A DNA stretch of 64,000 bases from Pelagibacteraceae bacterium AG-337-I02 (GTDB taxonomy: Bacteria > Pseudomonadota > Alphaproteobacteria > HIMB59 > GCA-002718135), in the NCBI GenBank assembly GCA_003282155.1, contig QBZY01000001.1:172312-236311 (forward strand), given 5' to 3'. The translations under genes and the position numbers were made by a program. A model generated the notes under the pieces. That model did not search any database and was not told the DNA's origin. It saw nothing but the letters and a program-made list of their open reading frames with translations. Positions 57,762 to 64,000 of the stretch are shown piece after piece. Positions within the stretch are counted from its first letter, which is position 1. Each line of letters opens with the position of its first letter.

Positions 57762-58580
57762 TTATATTTCTAAACTACCCCGATAACTTATTTCCGCAGG
57801 TCCTGTCATAATAGATTCATTATTAATTATATTTATGTGCAGTGATCCTTTTTCAAGTTTGACTTCAGCGTTATTTTCAATCAATCCTTTTTTCCACGCC
57901 GCATATACAGCCGCACAGGCACCACTACCGCAAGCTAATGTGATTCCAACTCCACGTTCCCAAACTCTCATTTCAATTAAATTTGAATTAATAACTTCAA
58001 CTATTTCAACATTAGTTTTTTTTGGAAAGAGTTCATGATTTTCTATTCTAGGACCTATACTTTCAAGATCTGTATCTTTGATCGATTTCCCAAAAAAAAC
58101 TACATGTGGATTACCTACATTAACAGCAACTCCATTACTATATCCATCAATTGAAATTGGTATATTCATTGTATCGACTTCTTTACTTAAAGGAATTTTA
58201 TCCCAGGTATTTTTTATTGAACCCATGTTGACACTTATATTGTTATCTATTTTTTTTGATTCTAATATGCCTGCATCAGATTGAATTTTTAAAATTTCTT
58301 TATTTGAATCTTCATCAAATAGTATTTTTGCCACGCAACGTGTTCCATTACCACAAGCTTCAGCTCTATCACCACCAGGATTAAAAATTTCAATTTCAGC
58401 ATCAGCACTTTGATTACTTGTATTATTAATTGTGATTAATTGATCAAACCCTGCCCCAGTTCTTCTGTTACTTAGTCTTTTAATAATATCTTCAGTAATT
58501 GCGATATTGTTAGACCTTTTATCTATGATAACAAAATCATTCCCAAGTCCATGCATCTTTATAAAGTCTACTTTTTGCAT
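57762..58580 (-). CDS. dapF: Diaminopimelate epimerase
   Basis: 272-aa ORF with KMHGLGNDF and the two catalytic-Cys blocks ACGNGTRC and ACGSGACA. Confidence 0.9.
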   Translation of the reverse strand: MQKVDFIKMHGLGNDFVIIDKRSNNIAITEDIIKRLSNRRTGAGFDQLITINNTSNQSADAEIEIFNPGGDRAEACGNGTRCVAKILFDEDSNKEILKIQSDAGILESKKIDNNISVNMGSIKNTWDKIPLSKEVDTMNIPISIDGYSNGVAVNVGNPHVVFFGKSIKDTDLESIGPRIENHELFPKKTNVEIVEVINSNLIEMRVWERGVGITLACGSGACAAVYAAWKKGLIENNAEVKLEKGSLHINIINNESIMTGPAEISYRGSLEI

Positions 58581-58777
58581 ATTTGTTTTATAACCTAATT
58601 TATCGATAAATCTCAGTAAATATGGGAAATTTAAGAATACTTGACTTTCAATTATTCAGCTAATAGAGGGTCACCAACAAATCCTATATTTGTAAACGAA
58701 TTGAGCTTGTTACAATTGTGATAGGTACTCTAGCCCACGAGTTTCGTGCCCTGGAGTTAAAAGTATATTGGAGATTT

Positions 58778-60142
58778 ATGTTTGATACACTGAACACAAA
58801 ATTTGAAAAAATTGTTCAAAGTATTCGGGGTAAGGCTGTTATATCAGAAACAGATCTTGAAGTTACATTACGTGAAATTAGAATTGCTCTGTTAGAGGCA
58901 GATGTTTCCTTAGTTGTAGTAAAAGAATTTATAAATTCCATCAAGTCAAACATTTTAGGAAAAGAAATTCTCAAATCTGTTAAGCCAGATCAAATGATCA
59001 TAAAACTTGTGCAAGATGAACTTGTAAAAATTCTTGGATCAGAAAACAAATCTCTAAATTTATCTTCTTCTCAATTAACTAAAATATTGTTTTGTGGATT
59101 ACAGGGATCTGGGAAAACTACATCAATTGCCAAACTTTCCTATTTGTTAAAGAAGTCTTCAAAGAAAAAAATTTTACTAGCATCAGCAGACATTTATCGA
59201 CCAGCAGCACAAGAACAATTAAAAGTATTAGCTGAAGAAACTGGCTCAGATTTCTTTAATCACAATCTATCATCAGCTAGTAAGATTGTTGATGATGCTA
59301 TAGATTATGCTCAAAAAAATTTATTTGATATTCTTATTTTAGATACTGCTGGACGGCAAGTTGTAGATAAAAAGTTAATGAGTGAATTAATAGAAATTGA
59401 AAATAAGTTTAAACCTGACGAAACATTATTAGTAGCAGATGCTCTAACAGGACAAGATGCTGCAAACGTAGCTAAAAGTTTTAGTGATGCAATAAATATT
59501 ACTGGATCAATTTTAACTCGAATAGATGGTGATAGCAGAGGTGGTGCAGCACTATCAATTAAATCGATAACAAACTCTCCTATAAAATTTATAGGACTAG
59601 GTGAAAAAGTAGAAAATTTTGAACCTTTCCATCCTGAAAGAACTGCACAAAGAATTTTAGGTATGGGAGATATAGTATCTCTTGTCGAAAAGGTTGCTGA
59701 AAATATTGATAAAGAAGAAATGGAAGATATGGCAAAAAAGATCGCTAAAGGAAAATTTGATCTTGAAGATTTTGCCAATCAATTAAAGCAAATGGGTAAA
59801 ATGGGTGGAGTCTCAGGTTTACTTTCTATGATGCCAGGTGTTTCAAAGGCACAGAAGTTAATGGCAGAAAATAAAATTTCTAATTCAATGATTGATAAAC
59901 AAATAGCTATAATCAGTTCAATGACAAAAAAAGAAAGGGCTGATCCAGATATTATAAAGGCTTCACGTAAAATTAGAATTTCAAAAGGATCTGGAACAAA
60001 AGTTCAAGACGTTAACAGGTTATTAAAACAGTTTCTCCAATCACAAAAAATGATGAAGAAAATGAAATCAATGGGCAAAGGAGGAATTCCCAGTGATTTA
60101 GTGCAAAAATTACAAGGAAATCTTCCTCCAAATATAAATTAG
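58778..60142 (+). CDS. ffh: Signal recognition particle protein Ffh
   Basis: I take the start at the ATG at 58778, giving MFDTLNTKFEKI..., the universally conserved Ffh N-terminus, with a GGAG 4 nt upstream. It has GLQGSGKTT, DTAGR and a Met-rich M domain. The ORF-track GTG at 58718 adds 20 non-conserved residues. Confidence 0.95.
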   Translation: MFDTLNTKFEKIVQSIRGKAVISETDLEVTLREIRIALLEADVSLVVVKEFINSIKSNILGKEILKSVKPDQMIIKLVQDELVKILGSENKSLNLSSSQLTKILFCGLQGSGKTTSIAKLSYLLKKSSKKKILLASADIYRPAAQEQLKVLAEETGSDFFNHNLSSASKIVDDAIDYAQKNLFDILILDTAGRQVVDKKLMSELIEIENKFKPDETLLVADALTGQDAANVAKSFSDAINITGSILTRIDGDSRGGAALSIKSITNSPIKFIGLGEKVENFEPFHPERTAQRILGMGDIVSLVEKVAENIDKEEMEDMAKKIAKGKFDLEDFANQLKQMGKMGGVSGLLSMMPGVSKAQKLMAENKISNSMIDKQIAIISSMTKKERADPDIIKASRKIRISKGSGTKVQDVNRLLKQFLQSQKMMKKMKSMGKGGIPSDLVQKLQGNLPPNIN

Positions 60143-60154
60143 AAAGGAAATAAA

Positions 60155-60610
60155 ATGCCAGTAAGAATAAGATTGTCAAGAGGCGGTGCAAAGAAAAGAC
60201 CATTTTATAGAATAGTAGTTGCTGATTCTAGAAGAGCTAGAGATGGAAAATTTATAGATCAAATTGGAACTTATAACCCAATGCTTCCAAAGGATAGCTC
60301 TGATAGAGTTAAAATGAATATAGACAAAGCTAAGGAATGGATTGCAAAAGGAGCAAAACCATCAGATAGAATTTCTATTTTTCTCAGCAATCTTGGTGTG
60401 ATGGAAAAACCAGTTATTACTGAAAAAACAAAAAAACATCTACCTAAGAAAAAAGCACAAGAACGTTTAGCTGCTGCTAAAGAAAAAGAAGAAGCTGCGA
60501 AAGCTGCAGCAGAGGAACCAAAAGCAGAAGAAGCAGAAGCTAAGCCAGCTGAAGATGCACAACCTGCTGAAGAACCAAAAGCAGAAGAAGCAGAAGCTAA
60601 AAAAGAATAA
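60155..60610 (+). CDS. rpsP: 30S ribosomal protein S16 with acidic low-complexity C-terminal extension
   Basis: The sequence MPVRIRLSRGGAKKRPFYRIVVADSRRARDGKFIDQIGTYNP is canonical S16. The last ~60 aa are an A/E/K/P-rich tail. Confidence 0.95.
   Translation: MPVRIRLSRGGAKKRPFYRIVVADSRRARDGKFIDQIGTYNPMLPKDSSDRVKMNIDKAKEWIAKGAKPSDRISIFLSNLGVMEKPVITEKTKKHLPKKKAQERLAAAKEKEEAAKAAAEEPKAEEAEAKPAEDAQPAEEPKAEEAEAKKE
60515..60600 (+). repeat. Perfect 29-nt direct repeat (period 57 nt) inside the S16 tail
   Basis: The sequence gaaccaaaagcagaagaagcagaagctaa occurs at 60515-60543 and again at 60572-60600, each encoding EPKAEEAEAK. Confidence 0.9.
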
Positions 60611-60624
60611 AATCAATTTTTGCT

Positions 60625-61131
60625 TTGAGTAATAAAGATATTATTCTTGTTGGTCAGTTTGGATCTCCTTTAGGATTAAAAGGTGAAATAAAAGTTAATA
60701 TGATGACTACCTCGTTTGAAGTTTTTAAAAATTTAAAAAACTATTATAATTTTGATGGTTCAGTTGCTTGGAATTTTAAAAATATTTTATTCAAAAATAA
60801 TAAGTGTGTTGTTCAAGTTGAAAAATACTTTTCTAGAGAAGATGTTTTAGAGCTTAAAGGTCAAAAAATTTTTTCAAATAAGAAATTTTTTCCAAAAACA
60901 AAAGATAATGAGTTTTACATAAACGATCTAATCAAATGCATGATTTTCTTGAAAGACAATACTAGTATTGGACAAGTTTTAAGTGTTCAAAATTTTGGGG
61001 CAGGTGATTTATTAGAAGTCAAATATAATACCAAACTTACTCTTATACCTTTTGATAAAACAAATATTTTATCAGTTAATATTAATAAAAAAGAAATTAT
61101 AGCTGATCCAATACCTGGTATTCTTGATTAA
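60625..61131 (+). CDS. rimM: 16S rRNA processing protein RimM
   Basis: 168-aa ORF with a TTG start. The N-terminal GQFGSPLGLKGEIKV is the RimM signature, and there is a PRC-barrel-like C-terminus. It lies between rpsP and trmD. Confidence 0.85.
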   Translation: MSNKDIILVGQFGSPLGLKGEIKVNMMTTSFEVFKNLKNYYNFDGSVAWNFKNILFKNNKCVVQVEKYFSREDVLELKGQKIFSNKKFFPKTKDNEFYINDLIKCMIFLKDNTSIGQVLSVQNFGAGDLLEVKYNTKLTLIPFDKTNILSVNINKKEIIADPIPGILD

Positions 61132-61132
61132 A

Positions 61133-61831
61133 ATGAGAGTAGTAATTTTAACCTGTTATCCTGAGATGTTCCCTGGTTCACTAGGATATTCTGTAATCGG
61201 AAATGCATTAAACAATAAAAAATTTTCTATCGAGATAGTCAATCTACATAATTTTGGAATTGACAAAAGAGGAAGTGTTGATGATGAACCTTTTGGGGGA
61301 GGCCCTGGAATGGTTATTCGTCCAGATGTGATAGAAAAAGCATTAAATTCAATCACTTTCAAAACTGATAATTACTGCAAAATTTTTCTAACACCGTCAG
61401 GTCAGAAATTATCTCAAGCCAAACTTAATAATTTTTCAAAACATGATGAAATGCTTATTTTATGCGGTAGATTTGAAGGGGTTGACCAAAGAGCTATAGA
61501 AATTCTTGATTTTCAGGAAATAAGTATCGGTGATTACGTCCTTTCTGGTGGTGAGATTGCTGCCCAGGTGTTAGTTGAAGGTTGTATTCGTCTCATTCCT
61601 GGAGTATTAGGGCAGCCACAAAGTTTATTAGAAGAATCTTTTTCTAATAATCTGCTTGAATATCCTCATTATACCAGACCACAAACCTGGGAAGATATTC
61701 AGGGAAATAAACATGAAGTTCCAGATGTTTTAACATCAGGTCATCATGAAAAAATTGATAAATGGAGAAAAGAAAAATCGGTTGAAAAAACTAAAGAATT
61801 AAGACCAGATATTTATAAAAAGGAAATATAA
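61133..61831 (+). CDS. trmD: tRNA (guanine37-N1)-methyltransferase TrmD
   Basis: The motifs are FPG...[27 protein letters not shown] and [12 protein letters not shown] prefer the ATG at 61133 to the TTG at 61124, which overlaps the rimM stop. Confidence 0.9.
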   Translation: MRVVILTCYPEMFPGSLGYSVIGNALNNKKFSIEIVNLHNFGIDKRGSVDDEPFGGGPGMVIRPDVIEKALNSITFKTDNYCKIFLTPSGQKLSQAKLNNFSKHDEMLILCGRFEGVDQRAIEILDFQEISIGDYVLSGGEIAAQVLVEGCIRLIPGVLGQPQSLLEESFSNNLLEYPHYTRPQTWEDIQGNKHEVPDVLTSGHHEKIDKWRKEKSVEKTKELRPDIYKKEI

Positions 61832-61832
61832 A

Positions 61833-62438
61833 ATGAGTAATTTATTAGAGACATTTGAAAAACAACAGATTGAAAAGTTAACTTTAAAAAAAAGAGTTCC
61901 TGCTTTTCGTCCAGGTGATACTCTAAAAGTTACTGTAAGAATTACAGAGGGAAGTAAGTCAAGACTTCAAGCATATGAAGGTATTTGTATTGCAAGAAAA
62001 AATAATTCAGTAAACTCTAACTTTACTGTGAGAAAAATATCTCATGGAGAGGGTGTTGAAAGAGTATTCCCTTTATTCAGTCCATTAGTAGAAAAAATTG
62101 AAGTTGTAAGAAAAGGCGATGTAAGAAGAGCTAAGCTATATTATCTAAGAGAATTATCTGGAAAGAAAGCAAGGATCGCAGATAAAGATAGGGGCGATGA
62201 AACTGATCAATATGGGTATATAGAGGAGGCTCCTCCGCTAGAAGAAACAAAAACTGCAGATACAGATACAAACGCTGCAGAGGAACCAAAAGCTAAAGAG
62301 GTAGAAGCAAAACAAGCAGAGACAAAAGCAGAAGAAGTAGAAGCCAAACCAGCAGAAGAATTTAAAGCAGAAGCAGCAGATAAATCTAGTAAAGAAGACG
62401 AAAAAGTAGCCGAAAATAAATCGGATGACAATAAATAA
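61833..62438 (+). CDS. rplS: 50S ribosomal protein L19 with long acidic C-terminal extension
   Basis: The first ~120 aa are canonical L19 ([11 protein letters not shown]...[19 protein letters not shown]...[25 protein letters not shown]...[11 protein letters not shown]). About 80 further residues are E/A/K/T-rich. Confidence 0.95.
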   Translation: MSNLLETFEKQQIEKLTLKKRVPAFRPGDTLKVTVRITEGSKSRLQAYEGICIARKNNSVNSNFTVRKISHGEGVERVFPLFSPLVEKIEVVRKGDVRRAKLYYLRELSGKKARIADKDRGDETDQYGYIEEAPPLEETKTADTDTNAAEEPKAKEVEAKQAETKAEEVEAKPAEEFKAEAADKSSKEDEKVAENKSDDNK

Positions 62439-63828
62439 TCCTAAAACTCTTTTTGATAAAATTTGGGAACATCATCTTGTCGATAGACAAGAAGATGGAA
62501 CTTGTCTTATATATATTGATAGACACCTTGTTCATGAAGTTACAAGCCCTCAAGCATTTGAAGGTTTGAGAAATAATAAGCGTAAAGTTAGAAGGCCTCA
62601 AAGTACTTTTGCTGTAGCTGATCATAATGTCCCAACTTCAGATAGATCTAAAGGTATAGAAAACAAAGAAAGTAGAATTCAAGTTGAAACACTAGAAAAA
62701 AATTGCAAAGATTTTGATGTTACACTTTTTCCATTATTAGATAGCAGACAAGGTATAGTTCATATAGTTGGACCAGAACAAGGTATTACTCAGCCAGGTA
62801 TGACAATAGTTTGTGGTGATAGTCATACAGCAACACACGGAGCATTTGGTGCCTTAGCTTTTGGTATCGGCACAAGTGAAGTTGAGCATGTATTAGCTAC
62901 TCAGACCTTGATTCAAAAACCTGCAAAGAATATGCGAATTTCTGTTGAAGGTAAATTAAATTTAGGTGTTACAGCAAAAGATATTATCCTTCACATCATA
63001 GGAAAGATAGGAACAGCTGGAGGAACTGGTTATGTTATTGAATATGGTGGCAATGCAATTTCCTCTCTCTCTATGGAAGGAAGAATGACAATCTGTAATA
63101 TGAGCATTGAAGCAGGTGCTAGAGCTGGTTTAATCGCTCCTGACGAAAAAACTTTTGAATATATTAAAGGTAGACCGTATGCTCCATCAGGAGATAATTG
63201 GGAAAAAGCTGTAGAATTTTGGAAATCTCTTCCATCTGATGAGGGCGCAAAATATGATGAAGAAATTTTAATTAATGCTAAAGATATTTTACCACAAATT
63301 ACTTGGGGCACAAGCCCACAAGACGTTGTTGCTATAAATGGTATAGTACCAAATCCTCAAGAAGAGAGTAACCCAAATAGAAAGAAGGCTATGGAGCGTT
63401 CTCTTGAATATATGGGTTTAGAACCCAAACAAGAAATACAAAAAATTAAAATTGATAAAGTGTTTATTGGCTCATGCACTAATGGAAGAATTGAGGATTT
63501 AAGAGAAGTTGCTAAAGTTGTAGAAGGTAAAAAAGTTTCTGTAGACTCAATGATTGTTCCTGGTTCAGGTCTAGTTAAAAAACAAGCTGAAGAAGAAGGT
63601 TTAGATAAAATTTTTATTGAAGCAGGATTTGATTGGAGAGAGCCAGGTTGCTCCATGTGTTTAGCTATGAATCCAGATCAACTAAAACCGCAAGAAAGAT
63701 GTGCATCAACATCAAATAGAAATTTTGAAGGCAGACAAGGTAGAGAAGGTAGAACACATCTTGTCAGTCCTGCAATAGCCGCTGCCTCTGCAATCAAAGG
63801 TTCTTTTGCAACAGCAGAGGATTTATAA
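62425..63828 (+). CDS. leuC: 3-isopropylmalate dehydratase large subunit
   Basis: 467-aa ORF with [37 protein letters not shown] and CSMCLAMN. It overlaps the rplS 3' end by 14 nt. Confidence 0.95.
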   Translation: MTINNPKTLFDKIWEHHLVDRQEDGTCLIYIDRHLVHEVTSPQAFEGLRNNKRKVRRPQSTFAVADHNVPTSDRSKGIENKESRIQVETLEKNCKDFDVTLFPLLDSRQGIVHIVGPEQGITQPGMTIVCGDSHTATHGAFGALAFGIGTSEVEHVLATQTLIQKPAKNMRISVEGKLNLGVTAKDIILHIIGKIGTAGGTGYVIEYGGNAISSLSMEGRMTICNMSIEAGARAGLIAPDEKTFEYIKGRPYAPSGDNWEKAVEFWKSLPSDEGAKYDEEILINAKDILPQITWGTSPQDVVAINGIVPNPQEESNPNRKKAMERSLEYMGLEPKQEIQKIKIDKVFIGSCTNGRIEDLREVAKVVEGKKVSVDSMIVPGSGLVKKQAEEEGLDKIFIEAGFDWREPGCSMCLAMNPDQLKPQERCASTSNRNFEGRQGREGRTHLVSPAIAAASAIKGSFATAEDL

Positions 63829-64000
63829 ATGGAATCATTTAAAACAATAATTGGTATCCCTGCGCCACTACCAATGATTAATGTCGATACCGATATGATT
63901 ATCCCAAAACAATTTTTGAAAACAATAAAGAGATCTGGTTTAGGTAAAAACTTATTTCATGAATTAAGATACGATATTCAAGGTAACATAAAGAATGATT
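63829..64000 (+). CDS. leuD: 3-isopropylmalate dehydratase small subunit (partial; runs off the right edge)
   Basis: The ATG at 63829 directly abuts the leuC stop. Hand translation gives [49 protein letters not shown]..., a canonical LeuD N-terminus. Confidence 0.85.
   Translation, partial: MESFKTIIGIPAPLPMINVDTDMIIPKQFLKTIKRSGLGKNLFHELRYDIQGNIKND

Noticed and set aside
58718-58777. A GTG-initiated 20-aa extension of ffh.
   Set aside because: The Ffh N-terminus MFxxL is universally conserved and begins at the ATG at 58778, which has a GGAG upstream. The extension overlaps a probable leader hairpin.
1-64000. I scanned all gaps and GC-rich islands for rRNA, tRNA, tmRNA/RNase P-size ncRNAs, CRISPR arrays, IS elements, integrases, prophage genes and known defence-system domains.
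   Set aside because: No intergenic gap exceeds about 300 nt, and the three largest (3073-3295, 36886-37184, 50347-50562) are AT-rich and unstructured. There are no cloverleaf-like GC-rich segments, no spaced direct-repeat arrays, and no transposase, recombinase, nuclease or reverse-transcriptase-like ORFs.

Overview
This window is visibly AT-rich and very gene-dense. Most intergenic gaps are under 100 nt, and many neighbouring genes overlap by 1-25 nt, several with ATGA/TAATG-type stop-start overlaps. The gene content is alphaproteobacterial: GcrA, an ECF sigma/ChrR pair, RpoH, a complete System I ccm cluster, dapF-mtaB-ftsY-yciB divergent from ffh-rpsP-rimM-trmD-rplS, fdxA-carD, and a Mic60-like/HemY-like pair. 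Together with the extreme streamlining, this suggests a Pelagibacterales (SAR11)-like chromosome; that assignment is inference and was not searched. Most of the window is core housekeeping: purH, rsmB, tdk, acs, tsaD, argG, folD, acnA, dxs, panB, pgk, leuCD and ribosomal proteins. I saw no rRNA, tRNA, CRISPR array, transposase, integrase or hallmark defence-system domain. I could not identify a clear-cut novel multi-gene system. The candidates most worth a second look are: (1) a 57-aa protein that is about two-thirds lysine, built from AAPKKKKK tandem repeats, with its own SD and terminator, lying between ccmA and acnA; (2) two tandem TPR + GT9-like paralogues converging on a GT-A glycosyltransferase, a possible protein/surface glycosylation module; (3) an ECF sigma / ChrR-like anti-sigma / class-3 asparaginase operon in which ChrR has lost all zinc ligands of its anti-sigma domain; (4) a metallophosphoesterase-like protein with all catalytic motifs degenerated, between carD and rpoH; (5) purH split into two overlapping ORFs; (6) matching acidic AEEPKAEEAEAK-type C-terminal tails on ribosomal proteins S16 and L19; (7) a glycan-modification gene cluster at the left edge. 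All product calls come from motif recognition by eye. No database search or computation was run.
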